Source: an uncultured virus (IMG/VR IMGVR_UViG_3300028597_000008) (Duplodnaviria; Heunggongvirae; Uroviricota; Caudoviricetes). From it: a DNA stretch of 64,000 bases. The translations under genes were made by a program, and so were the position numbers. The notes beneath the pieces were generated by a model, which was given only the letters and a program-made list of their open reading frames with translations, was not told where the DNA came from and made no database searches. The stretch lies in IMG/VR virus record IMGVR_UViG_3300028597_000008, one strand, 5' to 3'. Of this stretch, positions 10,701 to 19,946 are shown piece after piece (the first letter of the stretch is position 1; every line of letters begins with the position of its first letter).

Positions 10701-13693
10701 TGACTTTCATTCAGGGCCGCAACAACAAGCTGTGCATCGGTAACGCCCGTTTGAACGTTTCGGAAAACATGGAATTCATTCGTCGCCTCAATTGCAACTA
10801 CGTGGCGATTGACGAATCCCACAACCTGAAAAACTTTGGTAAGGCGCGTCACGAGGCTGTAAAAACTCTGACCACTTCCACCCGCGTTAAATGGTTGCGT
10901 CTGCTGACTGGTACTATCATGCCAGACCGCGCCAAGGATATCGAAGGCCAGATTGCGCTTTACTCGCCGCTGATTTTCCGCGCTGGTGAAATTGCAAACA
11001 TTCGTACCGAAGACAACGATGTTGAAGCAGTTGACATTGATATCAACGGTGTGAAAATTGCAACTTACACTCCGCTCAACGCGAAACGCGCCGTAGATAA
11101 ACTGATGCACTACGCGGCGTTCATCGTGAAGAAACGTAAGGAATGGGCGTGGATGTTGCCTGCTCCTATCGAGCGTTTCATTCCAGTTGATATGGTCGGT
11201 AACGAAGAAAATACCGACGCAGAAGAATTGGAACTGCAAAAGCTGCACCAAGAGTTGTACGAGACTGTTCTCAAAATGACCTTGGAAGCAATTGAAGAAT
11301 TGCTGAAACAACAGGCGAAAGCTCTGGCAGATGGTGAAGGTGATGACGACGCTGACCCACTGGGCGACGGCGCACCGGCTGGTTTGCTGGAACAAAACCT
11401 TGCGCGTTTCGAACGACTGATTATTGCACCGCAGTATGACCCATCGTTCAAAGACGTGTTCAAAGACAAAGGTGCGAATTTCAAATCGCGAAAAGCGAAG
11501 CGTGTTGCACAATTGGCCTACGAACATTTCCACACTCAAAAGTGGAATCGCAATGGGATGTACCTCGGGGATAAAGGCCCGCGTCCGCTGCAAGAATATG
11601 ACCTCGTTGAACACGATGGTGATTTGTACGTAGCGACGAAGTACGATAAGGATCGCCCTGAATTCGTACAACTGCCGAAATCCACGATTGGTATTCCGCC
11701 GTCTGAAAATCCAGACTACTGGAAAAAAGAGCCACGCGGTAAGCTCATCATTATCACCCGCTACAACAACTCGGCATCTGCGATTTACGACGCGCTGCTG
11801 CCTGAGCAAAAAGCGGTTGCGGTGAAATTCACCGGCGATGAAAAGAGCGACAAGCAGAAGGCGTTTAACGCTTTCAAAACTGACCCGAATGTGCAGATTC
11901 TGATTGCGAACGAACAAGGTATGTCCGAAGGTCACAACCTTCAAATGGCAAGCCGCATGATTCGTTGTGAATCGCCGTGGGGGCCGGGTGCGCTTAACCA
12001 AACCAGTGCACGTATTTTCCGCCCTGATCCAAAAGGTGCGTTGAATGGCGTGATGGCACGAGACGTTATTTATCTCGACTGGATTTTGGCTGACAACACA
12101 ATGGAAGTGCCGAAACTGGCACGGGTTATTTCGAAGCAATTCCAGATTCAGCGTTTCACCGAATCGGATAACCCTCGTTATGCTGACGTATTCCGTGAGC
12201 ACCACGTTCCAAGCGATACCGAAGAGCCGCTGCTTTCTCTCGGTGTTGATATGTTGAAAAACATTTCCGGTTTGCGCGATGAACCTTTTATCGACATGGT
12301 TTATGCTTATCAAGCAATGAACCGCGTTGAGAACCAAGAGTTCAAAGAAATGCGTCAGACGCAAGAAGCCCGAATGCTGGAAATCGTGGCCTTGCCGAAT
12401 ATTGACGGCGCGCAAGAAATGGAAGTTAAGCCATTCGTTGGCAACCAAGATATTCCCGATCCACGCGGCTGGTCGCCGACCACCGTTGAAACGCTGATGC
12501 GAAATCCAGAAGTTGCAAAGGATTTCGAATCGTTGGTTGGCTCTCCTGCAATCACCGAATTCGGCACCGGGAAAATCGTTCGTTTCAACATGAAGAAAGG
12601 CGTCACCCCACCGGAACCGTCGTCCTGTAAAGTACGTCTGAAAAATCCGCCACCGGGCGTTGACGAAATTCTGACTGTGCCGCTGAACCTGACTTACGTT
12701 GCGTCTGGAATTATCAGCCCTGCTGATATGGCTAAATACTTCGATGTGCCAATGGCGTACACCCAAGCGGATGTGCGTAAAGCGGCGCGTGAAGAACAGG
12801 AAGCCGAACGCCAGCGCGAAGAGCAGGAAGAGAAAGAGGCTCAAGAGCGGAAAATTGCTGAGCGGAAATCTCGTGAAGTTGCACGCGTTGTGAAAAAAGA
12901 ACGTGCTGATGGTGAAAAGCGCGCAGAGAACGAGAAAAAAGGTAAGCCTCTCAACGACGGCGTTTACAAAGTCGAAGATGCTTCCGCGCCTCTGCCTGTA
13001 CCAACGCCAGCCGGTAAAAAGGTTGTTGTGTCCGAAGAAAATCCGAACATCGCCGCAGTGGTTTCGACCAATGCAGAAGTTCGCGTAACTCCGGCCTACT
13101 ACCACGGCTTCGCAACACTGGAAGCCGAATTCGACGAAGCAGAAGTAAACCTGAAAAAGCTGGGCTTCATCAACATGGGGCCTTATGTGTTTATCGAAAC
13201 GTCGAACAAGAAAAAGTTCCACGCCTTCTATGCATGGCTGGATGAAAACTTTGACTTGAGCGACCGTACCGTAAAAATGATCGAAGGCATTAACACCGCA
13301 TTCGAGAAAGGTACGACCAGCACGCACAAGCTGTGGTACAAAATGGAACTGGCACCAATCAACGAATTGCCGTCGTTCTTCAATACCCGTAAAAAGGTTG
13401 TTGAAAACCGTCGTGAAGTTCGGGTGTTCCCGGTGTTCATGGAAAACCACGTGCTGCTGTGTATTGATTTGCGCACCAACCCGGCTGTTCACAAATGGGT
13501 TGGCAAAGCAATTCCGGGCACTGGCGCCAAGTTGAAGAAATCGGATGGTCACTGGTTCTACTTCGGCAAAGGTAAAACCGATCTGCGCGAAATGATTGCA
13601 AATATCTCGCGTAATGGTTACACCGTCGTGAACAAGAAGGAAGCACTGAAAGAACTTACGGAAATCAATTTCAAAACCCGTAAGCCGTCTTGA
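7730..13693 (+). CDS. Large SNF2/SWI2-family helicase-like ATPase
   Basis: Motifs: ALEPGGGKT (I), LVICP (Ia), VAIDESH (II), LLTGT (III), SEGHNLQ (V), PW...NQTSARIFR (VI); 1987 aa; GAGG RBS. Confidence 0.9.
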   Translation: MNQKPNLIGEAIAEYRRRQAQSGEMATAAAKEREESEIVKALRPVNLDPDREQDYERFFYPSKRNYLTPVLESLADVTANINLFFYFMRNVMERANYISGLDQEAQNEYVNDLLNSAFGRKVEAAKVKDNVVSYLRAIRASKDTFHQLYRSQRYADGVDIVLIGTGDDKGSTENPVFLGSGDMPLKNNFLPNGPSHNDWTPVSLARRGKWQSPVGQNVVKAANEINQFLFGTSAISERTQHKGLSVNTKFSGIQQIFEAATGFQLKMELVTDLFNDSDLAEQFLQVEMLRIPSEQARNIAEDSYGDARQRTDAPLPETRGRVDASLNDPDSKRLAPEAEALNIVVRSTVRFTLEKDIANFISQSEDRPNLSRVNSWFTIYVGQFLQAKPQRASVRKNRAEISNAQTMQYDDIPRYTMSASTLKKLSDIRAANGFVVEKTKGNPEGLYVAPSGAIAARPDIEAFKNSKLAEEHENLSEEMLEILGRNDISYAAYQENPKPVQWPHVPESDMLRLEEINERLGEFEGVLLGYDWDFGVAIYGSHTPGATRTIQENGSVTPDALSVADYLGYNLARDGEQPMVRNFANTMYMLARDQASASRAAIDSQRMYGSAENPGQFAGSEIMDKAILPLYVQLAYAENKAPKLEEIVKNAMKVLGYTALPTDRQKFDYSDVYHDRMREDGTPVRVNNPASVRGFIMTMLTSAMTAAKGGPGTFLWNETAMSLKGTSGQSPTSFEVEEELENHPQYFNSSRSPTAHFGRLYNYLGGQIFKQVIDAINAIPPADYLNYTNGTEKGADFGVNPYNNTVRSTGDVKKVPNNIILKHVLPYTLMLGKYVPNHETIYAQADEYVESIRPTEGFSEEEIRVPGLVNDPNSPRAVFPHQRDTQAYLRKEVPPPFAILALEPGGGKTGQGVIDMTCMAVDMLETGERVKPLVICPNGLVGTWCADIKYFLGNNWNAFPITADVMKRWGPDRLAQFALSAPPNTIFITSMTFIQGRNNKLCIGNARLNVSENMEFIRRLNCNYVAIDESHNLKNFGKARHEAVKTLTTSTRVKWLRLLTGTIMPDRAKDIEGQIALYSPLIFRAGEIANIRTEDNDVEAVDIDINGVKIATYTPLNAKRAVDKLMHYAAFIVKKRKEWAWMLPAPIERFIPVDMVGNEENTDAEELELQKLHQELYETVLKMTLEAIEELLKQQAKALADGEGDDDADPLGDGAPAGLLEQNLARFERLIIAPQYDPSFKDVFKDKGANFKSRKAKRVAQLAYEHFHTQKWNRNGMYLGDKGPRPLQEYDLVEHDGDLYVATKYDKDRPEFVQLPKSTIGIPPSENPDYWKKEPRGKLIIITRYNNSASAIYDALLPEQKAVAVKFTGDEKSDKQKAFNAFKTDPNVQILIANEQGMSEGHNLQMASRMIRCESPWGPGALNQTSARIFRPDPKGALNGVMARDVIYLDWILADNTMEVPKLARVISKQFQIQRFTESDNPRYADVFREHHVPSDTEEPLLSLGVDMLKNISGLRDEPFIDMVYAYQAMNRVENQEFKEMRQTQEARMLEIVALPNIDGAQEMEVKPFVGNQDIPDPRGWSPTTVETLMRNPEVAKDFESLVGSPAITEFGTGKIVRFNMKKGVTPPEPSSCKVRLKNPPPGVDEILTVPLNLTYVASGIISPADMAKYFDVPMAYTQADVRKAAREEQEAERQREEQEEKEAQERKIAERKSREVARVVKKERADGEKRAENEKKGKPLNDGVYKVEDASAPLPVPTPAGKKVVVSEENPNIAAVVSTNAEVRVTPAYYHGFATLEAEFDEAEVNLKKLGFINMGPYVFIETSNKKKFHAFYAWLDENFDLSDRTVKMIEGINTAFEKGTTSTHKLWYKMELAPINELPSFFNTRKKVVENRREVRVFPVFMENHVLLCIDLRTNPAVHKWVGKAIPGTGAKLKKSDGHWFYFGKGKTDLREMIANISRNGYTVVNKKEALKELTEINFKTRKPS

Positions 13694-13733
13694 TGTGAAC
13701 GGCCAAGGATGGCCACCCTTTTAGGAGAAGTTT

Positions 13734-14135
13734 ATGCAACACGACAATTTCGAATTGCGTGCGCAACAACTCGTGCTCGCGTTTCTCGGTTTCTACAACG
13801 GAGACATTGACGGCATTTGGTCGAATGCAACTATTCGTGCCATGAAAGCATTTGAGTGTGACGACAAATTCCTGCCTGCTGTACCAACGCAAGGTTTGCC
13901 GTTCCGTTTGAATTGCCGCCTGCCGAAAGGCATGTATTGGGATAAACGTTTGGTCGCGCATCGCGATCTGACGCCTGATGCAATCAAAGCGCTGTTGGAC
14001 AAACGCACGCCGCGTAAAGTTGAAACGCAACCTGCGAAAACCGAACCAGAAGTTCAGCCTGTGGTAGAGGAAAGCGAAGCGCCGGTAACGCAATCGCAAG
14101 ACTCCACCAAAGGTGCGAAGAATGCACAGAAATAA
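13734..14135 (+). CDS. Peptidoglycan-binding-domain protein (no obvious catalytic domain)
   Basis: QQLVLAFLGFYNGDIDGIWSNATIRAMKAFE matches the PG_binding_1 pattern; AGGAG RBS. Confidence 0.72.
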   Translation: MQHDNFELRAQQLVLAFLGFYNGDIDGIWSNATIRAMKAFECDDKFLPAVPTQGLPFRLNCRLPKGMYWDKRLVAHRDLTPDAIKALLDKRTPRKVETQPAKTEPEVQPVVEESEAPVTQSQDSTKGAKNAQK

Positions 14136-14601
14136 AGTTCACCTGCACTACTGCTATCTCAAGTACGGCAACAAGGATTATCGAATTCTCACAACGAATT
14201 TCAAAAAACTTGTAGCCGGTCACGCCACCTCTGATTTTCTCGGATACTTTGGACTCGGTTCTGGCGAGTTCTGGACTCCGCGTATCGAAGGTTTGAACGA
14301 TGGCATTTCCACCGTTGAAATTGCAGACACTGAAACGTCGTTGTTGCTGTGGAAAGATAACCCACGATTCATGGGGTTCATTGATGCCCAACCCGAACAC
14401 AAGCCGATGGTGATTTTGCGCGGCGGGGATAAAAGCATTTACGAATTACCGATCAATTGGGAAGTCTACACACAGCTAGGCGTGCAGTCGTTTGCACGTG
14501 ACACGCTAGGCGCGTTCCGGCGCGGCTGGATTGCTTACGAAACGCAAGAAGAAAACCAAGAACGGGTAGACGACATTATCCGTATGGTGAAACTGTTTTA
14601 A
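14122..14601 (+). CDS. Hypothetical protein
   Basis: AAGGTG upstream of ATG 14122; ends just before a terminator. Confidence 0.7.
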   Translation: MHRNKVHLHYCYLKYGNKDYRILTTNFKKLVAGHATSDFLGYFGLGSGEFWTPRIEGLNDGISTVEIADTETSLLLWKDNPRFMGFIDAQPEHKPMVILRGGDKSIYELPINWEVYTQLGVQSFARDTLGAFRRGWIAYETQEENQERVDDIIRMVKLF

Positions 14602-14602
14602 C

Positions 14603-14640
14603 AAAAGGCCCGCCTTTCCTTTGGATTGGTGGGCTTTTTT
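14603..14640 (+). terminator. Intrinsic terminator
   Basis: AAAAGGCCCGCC...GGTGGGCTTTTTT. Confidence 0.8.
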
Positions 14641-14651
14641 GTTGGTGCCGA

Positions 14652-14661
14652 ATACTGTAAA
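14652..14661 (+). promoter_or_regulatory. Putative middle/replication promoter motif ATACTGTAAA
   Basis: Lies between the terminator and the polymerase ATG; same 10-mer at 21217, 25807 and 59152. Confidence 0.55.
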
Positions 14662-14698
14662 GAACTATGGTAAGACGGAACCAACATTGGTAGCCAAT

Positions 14699-17668
14699 AT
14701 GCGTTTTGAATATGTTGAGCACAAACACAAGTACGGCAAGGCACTCAAGCAGTTTGATGTGACCGGGTTCGATTATGTCGAACTGCCGAAACATGTGACG
14801 AAAAAAGCGCGTGGGAAAATCCTATTCGTTCTGGACTACGTACCGGGCGAAGCGCTGAAACGCGGTAAGTTGTTTGATGGTGCGACCGGCGACCTGCTCC
14901 GCAATCTGATGACCGTAGCAGAAGACATGTACGATGCGCCGAACAAGCTGGACGATTACAACTGGCTTGCTATTTCGTATCACAGCATGAAAACCCTCGG
15001 CGGGTCGCAACAGTTTCTTGAAGTTGCACACGCTGAATTCAAAAAACGTCTGGATCACATTATCAGCGTTTACAAACCCGATACGGTTGTGACGTTCGGG
15101 CCTGATCCGTACAAGGCACTCAACTTTGAGTTCCTGCAAAAATTCAAAACGGAACGGGGCATTCAGTATCAGCATTTTTATGGAGTGCCGATACCAACTG
15201 TGATTACTGCACACACGGGAGTTAGTCACAAGTTTAATCATGTGCCTACCCTGAGTTTGCGTTCGCTGCAAAAAGACGACGAATCCATGGCTGCTGCCGG
15301 ATACGTTGCACGGAATTTGACGACCTGTCTTAACGACGGCAAGTTGATGTACGAAATTCCGAAATTGGATTACAAGATCGTGATGGTTGATACGATCAAG
15401 AAATTCAAAAAGATGTACAAAGACATTTGCAAAGCCAAGGTGGTGGCAATCGACACCGAGGCCCGCAGTCTTAAACGGAAAAAGAATTACACGGTGACTT
15501 GGCAGTTCGCTGTCGATACGCACACCGCGTACATTCTGCCGTTCCTGCACAAAGATTCCCCATGGCTCCCGAAAGAGCGTGAGTATATCAAACGCAAAAT
15601 GCGTGATTACTTTGAGTGGGAATCTGAAAACGAAGTCAACCTGTACGCAAACGCCGCGTTCGATTTGATCGCTGCGCGTCGTGACCTTGAGTGCCGTTAT
15701 TTCAAGGTTCCGTTGTGGTGTGTTATTTCCGGTGAGTTCGGGAAAGACGAAAACCACAAAGCGATTCAGGCAATCACCGGTCAGAACTATTACAGCCTGA
15801 ATAATATCGTGATGCAGTACGGTTCCCGTGCGTACTACGAATCGGACTTTGGTAAAGACCAACGTGCATTTATCGCCGACTTGAACCTTGAAGGGCCAGT
15901 GCTTACGTACATGGCCCTCGACGTGATTCTGCTGCTGCACATTCGCAAATTGCAGTTGAAACAGGCGAAGGTGATTGGTTACAAGAAATACAAATCGCTT
16001 GTGTCCGAACAACTTAGCGACCAGATTCACACGCTGAGCAACTTGGAATACAACGGTTCTTACACCGATATCGACTGGCTGTTCAAACTCAAGTCGAAAG
16101 ACAGTGAAATTGTACGTGAGAAAAATCGCGTCAAGAAAGAGTTGTACGGTTCCGAAGGCGTGCAGAAAACCAACAAGATTCTTGCGAAGGATAGCGGTGC
16201 GCCTTCCATGGGTCTGTTCGGTCGCGTGCAGCACAGCCTGTTCAACATTGGCAAAGCTGACCACAAGCAAACGCTGTTCTTCAAAGTTCTGAAACTGAAA
16301 CCGATTTTCCTCAACAAGAAAGGCGAGGGTAAAATCGACAAAGACTTCCAAAAGAAATATGCGGATGTACCGGAAGTCAAACTGTTCTCTGAACTGACAA
16401 AGATTGAAAAGCTGTACAACGCTTACGTAAAAAGCTTCGTTAAGAAATTCGGCGAAGATGAAGATTTCCGAAGTGACAAATGCATTCGTCCGCGATTCGG
16501 TTATCTCGACGTTGTGACCGGTCGTACATCGGCACGCGATCCAACACTGCAAACCATTCCGTCTCGTTCCGCCATGGGTAAACTGATTAAGCGCTTGTTT
16601 ATTGCGCCCAAAGGTAAAATCATTATCAAGGTGGACTACGCGGCGCACGAGGTTCGTGGTTGGTCGTTGATTTCTGGTGACGCCGAGGTTGCGAAAGTTT
16701 TCCGGGTTGGTTACGACCTGCGCGCTAAATTCAAAACCAAACCGACCGTACCGCTGGCCGAAGAAATTGAACTGAAAGGTGACGTGCACAAAATTAACGC
16801 CGCATACTTTTTCCGTATGGATATCGACAAGATCGACAAGCCAAAACGGAACAGCGTTAAGCAGGTTATTTTCGGTCTGATTTACCAGCAGGGCGAGAAG
16901 GGTACAGCTAAGTCGATTGACGCAACCGTGGAAATGGTTCGTGACTTGACGAAGAAATTCTTCAAACGTTTCCCGGTTGGTGCGAAGTGGTTTGAAAAGG
17001 TTAAGCAACATGCGCGTGAAAACCTGTATGTGGAATCTCCGCTAGGCCGACGCCGTAACCTTTGGGGTCTGATGACTCCGAAGACGCACGAACATGCAGA
17101 CAACATTCTGGCACGATCCGAACGTCAATCGGTAAACAGCCCGGTACAGGGTATGGGTTCCGATTTCATGATGACCGGTGCACGTCGAATTGAATATCTG
17201 CGCCATGAGCATTATCGCAAAACTGGTCACTATCCAGACTTCACACAATCCAACAGCGTACACGACTCCCTTGAATTCCTGTGTGCGTATGAGGATTTGT
17301 GGTTGGCGATTGATATGATCGAACGCGGCCTAACTGACGAAGTGCAGAAGGTTGCAATCGAACGTCATGGTTTTAAATTCGGCATTGGTCTGGAAATCGA
17401 CTTTGAATTTGGTGGTGCAATCTCTCACTGTGACGGCTGGAACAGCGCACTGACCGGGAAATTCCCAATCAAAGACAAAGACAGTTTGGATACGGTACTG
17501 GAAGACGCGATCAAGTTCCAACGCGATGAACTCGGTTACGATATCAACGTGAAGAAAGTTTTGAAATCCATTTATGCACGTTTCGATGACGACGCGCCGA
17601 AGTGGTTGAAGAAACAACGCGACTTCCTCACGAAGAAAGGCATCAAGGTGAAATATCTGACGAAATAA
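14699..17668 (+). CDS. polA: Family A DNA polymerase with 3'-5' exonuclease and N-terminal UDG-like domain
   Basis: ExoI VAIDTE, ExoII NAAFD, ExoIII YMALD; TGRTS..PTLQTIP; motif A DYAAHEVR, motif B RNSVKQVIFGLIY, motif C VHDS. Start moved to ATG 14699 because the track start lies inside the terminator. Confidence 0.95.
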   Translation: MRFEYVEHKHKYGKALKQFDVTGFDYVELPKHVTKKARGKILFVLDYVPGEALKRGKLFDGATGDLLRNLMTVAEDMYDAPNKLDDYNWLAISYHSMKTLGGSQQFLEVAHAEFKKRLDHIISVYKPDTVVTFGPDPYKALNFEFLQKFKTERGIQYQHFYGVPIPTVITAHTGVSHKFNHVPTLSLRSLQKDDESMAAAGYVARNLTTCLNDGKLMYEIPKLDYKIVMVDTIKKFKKMYKDICKAKVVAIDTEARSLKRKKNYTVTWQFAVDTHTAYILPFLHKDSPWLPKEREYIKRKMRDYFEWESENEVNLYANAAFDLIAARRDLECRYFKVPLWCVISGEFGKDENHKAIQAITGQNYYSLNNIVMQYGSRAYYESDFGKDQRAFIADLNLEGPVLTYMALDVILLLHIRKLQLKQAKVIGYKKYKSLVSEQLSDQIHTLSNLEYNGSYTDIDWLFKLKSKDSEIVREKNRVKKELYGSEGVQKTNKILAKDSGAPSMGLFGRVQHSLFNIGKADHKQTLFFKVLKLKPIFLNKKGEGKIDKDFQKKYADVPEVKLFSELTKIEKLYNAYVKSFVKKFGEDEDFRSDKCIRPRFGYLDVVTGRTSARDPTLQTIPSRSAMGKLIKRLFIAPKGKIIIKVDYAAHEVRGWSLISGDAEVAKVFRVGYDLRAKFKTKPTVPLAEEIELKGDVHKINAAYFFRMDIDKIDKPKRNSVKQVIFGLIYQQGEKGTAKSIDATVEMVRDLTKKFFKRFPVGAKWFEKVKQHARENLYVESPLGRRRNLWGLMTPKTHEHADNILARSERQSVNSPVQGMGSDFMMTGARRIEYLRHEHYRKTGHYPDFTQSNSVHDSLEFLCAYEDLWLAIDMIERGLTDEVQKVAIERHGFKFGIGLEIDFEFGGAISHCDGWNSALTGKFPIKDKDSLDTVLEDAIKFQRDELGYDINVKKVLKSIYARFDDDAPKWLKKQRDFLTKKGIKVKYLTK

Positions 17669-17679
17669 GGAGTACCATC

Positions 17680-18018
17680 ATGGAAACGCCAGTGTTCGAA
17701 GTACCGGATGGCGTACCTGCCGTTGCAGACATTCGGTTTAAAGTGTTGACCGAACATGTGGATCATCCCGACCTTGTGCGGTTGTCGGAAATGCTTCACA
17801 AAATAACTGTAAATTTCCATGATGGAAAGTGCCCACTCCCGGCTAAGGACGAATGCGTCAAATCCTTGATTAGCGGTATTGACGTTGTGGTTTCATCCGA
17901 ACTCAAGTTGTGTTTGAGTTGGTCACACGTTATGGGTGAAGTGGAAGGTGAAATCCTTGTGCAGATTACCGCGCGCCATTATGAATTTGCGTCACCGATA
18001 GGATACACACTCCAATGA
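17680..18018 (+). CDS. Hypothetical protein
   Basis: AAGGAG RBS, ATG 17680, ATGA overlap with the clamp gene. Confidence 0.7.
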   Translation: METPVFEVPDGVPAVADIRFKVLTEHVDHPDLVRLSEMLHKITVNFHDGKCPLPAKDECVKSLISGIDVVVSSELKLCLSWSHVMGEVEGEILVQITARHYEFASPIGYTLQ

Positions 18019-19154
18019 AACTAGTAGAAAGTAGCGAGCTTGAATTTACCGCCAGTGGTAAAGACATGGCCGCAGCACTCGCAAAGATTCTCGCGGTTAC
18101 AACCTACGTAAAATCCGATGATTCGAAATTCATCATCGCAGCGACCAAAGACGGCCTGTACCTGATTGGTGCAAGTACCGACGCGCTGGCCTGTGTGAAG
18201 ATGGGCGGCGAAGTGAAAAAGCCGGGTACGATCCGAATCGAATACGAGACGGTGACTGGTCTGCTGAAAACGCGTACGGAAATGATTTTCAAAGCCACCA
18301 AAGGTCAGTTGGCCTTCAAGGAAAAGAAGAGCAATTTCCAAGCGCAAATCAACGTGCGTGAATTCGACGCCGACGATATCGAATTGGTTAGTCGCCAACT
18401 CAATGATCCAACGTCGGTGCCAATGAAGAAAGGCGTTGTTGAGAAAATGCGTAAGGCAATCAAAAAGGTTGCTTTGCTCGACGTGTACGCAGGCACCGAC
18501 TTGAGCGTTGCCGTGCAGTTCACCGAAAAAACAATGATGGTTTTCTGCTACGATCAGTATCACATTGCGTTGTTCAAAGTGAAACTGAAAGGCATGATGC
18601 CATTGCGTATGGCGCTGCCGGTCAAGGCGTTCAACGTCATTGATAAATTCATGGAAACGGACGAAGTAAATTTCAGCACCTCGGGTGGTCGTCTCCGCGC
18701 ATTCAGCAATGAATTTATCGTGTCGATTCCAGAAGTGCAGCACGACGATGGTTGGTGGAAAGGCGCCAAGCTTTACGTTGACCACGTGGACGAAATGAAA
18801 CATCGTGCATCGCTGACCTTCGATGTAAACGCGACCAAAACCATTACCAACATGGGCGCACTCACGGACAAAGACACGCGAATGGCAATTCAAATGTCGA
18901 AAAACGAAGTGACGCTCGCGGTAAACGGTAAAGGTGGCCGGGTATCGGATAAATTCAAAGCGAAAACCGAAGGCAAGGATATCGACATGCGTGTTGATCC
19001 ACGAATCTTTATGGATTTGTTCAAAAAGCTGGAAGTGGAAAACGTTTTGATGAACGTGTACAAGGCAACAGGCGCAACCAGCGCATACGTTCTCAAATCA
19101 GAAGTGAACGACGGCAACCTAACGCTGGTCGGCACCTATGATGAAGCGAAGTGA
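18015..19154 (+). CDS. DNA sliding clamp, DNA pol III beta (DnaN)-like
   Basis: 379 aa with a three-domain pattern; LYLIGASTD, VFCYDQYHIA (cf. ATDGHRLA), VDPRIFMDLF (cf. FN..YLLD); next to the polymerase. Confidence 0.7.
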   Translation: MKLVESSELEFTASGKDMAAALAKILAVTTYVKSDDSKFIIAATKDGLYLIGASTDALACVKMGGEVKKPGTIRIEYETVTGLLKTRTEMIFKATKGQLAFKEKKSNFQAQINVREFDADDIELVSRQLNDPTSVPMKKGVVEKMRKAIKKVALLDVYAGTDLSVAVQFTEKTMMVFCYDQYHIALFKVKLKGMMPLRMALPVKAFNVIDKFMETDEVNFSTSGGRLRAFSNEFIVSIPEVQHDDGWWKGAKLYVDHVDEMKHRASLTFDVNATKTITNMGALTDKDTRMAIQMSKNEVTLAVNGKGGRVSDKFKAKTEGKDIDMRVDPRIFMDLFKKLEVENVLMNVYKATGATSAYVLKSEVNDGNLTLVGTYDEAK

Positions 19155-19584
19155 TGTAAGTCCGATTTTCAGTTTGGCAGACAATTTCGTTCACACTGTG
19201 AGCGATGTGGATGCGTTTGAAGATTTAGGATCAGCACACGACGGCCATCACATTGGCCTCTTTTTTCGCAAGCTCATCGACACGCAAATGTTGATCGACT
19301 ATCAGAATCCGGTTGAACTCAATCGGTTCTGCAAGCTGTACAATTTCGTCAACATTCGCGGTTCGATTTATGGTCATTTGTTTGTGGTAACGGACACCGC
19401 CCGTGTTGAGTTGGCCGCGCACCGATTGATCCTGACTTGCAACAAGAAAGAACGTTACGACTACGCACAAGTTCCGCTGAATTCGTACAAGCAGAAATTG
19501 CGCATTTTCAAAACCAGTGCGGGATCGGTATTGGCTCTTTCCGGCCACGCCAAATCCCCTTACCTTGTAACGGAGCCTGCATGA
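19138..19584 (+). CDS. Hypothetical protein
   Basis: 148-aa ORF overlapping both neighbours. Confidence 0.7.
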   Translation: MMKRSDVSPIFSLADNFVHTVSDVDAFEDLGSAHDGHHIGLFFRKLIDTQMLIDYQNPVELNRFCKLYNFVNIRGSIYGHLFVVTDTARVELAAHRLILTCNKKERYDYAQVPLNSYKQKLRIFKTSAGSVLALSGHAKSPYLVTEPA

Positions 19585-19946
19585 CAACGACATTCGATCA
19601 ACAGGAAAACACGATTATTCTGCACAGCATTTTGCAGGGTCTTCGTGCCTCGCTGGGTTCCCCTGCGATTTTGTGGTACGACACCACAAGCCAAGATAAA
19701 GTGCTGATGTGGGAAATGACCTCGGCACTGGCCGTGCACGGTTATGATTTCCAAAACATCTATGACCGCTATTGGCAAGTGTTCCCGTACGGTATTCCCG
19801 AATATACCAACTTGAACATGATCCAAAAAGATATCGTCAATCTCACGTTCAATATGTGCCGGGAATTGACGCAAGGCTATGGCGAGATTTTGCACACGGA
19901 TTTTCCAGAACGTGTGACGCCAGCCAAGGCGGCATTGCGTGACTAA
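19581..19946 (+). CDS. Hypothetical protein
   Basis: GGAG RBS and ATGA overlap at 19581. Confidence 0.7.
   Translation: MTTTFDQQENTIILHSILQGLRASLGSPAILWYDTTSQDKVLMWEMTSALAVHGYDFQNIYDRYWQVFPYGIPEYTNLNMIQKDIVNLTFNMCRELTQGYGEILHTDFPERVTPAKAALRD

Noticed and set aside
7235..13552. 2105-aa ORF on the minus strand
   Set aside because: It mirrors the SNF2 gene codon for codon. It stays open because the + strand gene avoids TTA/CTA/TCA codons; no motifs or RBS
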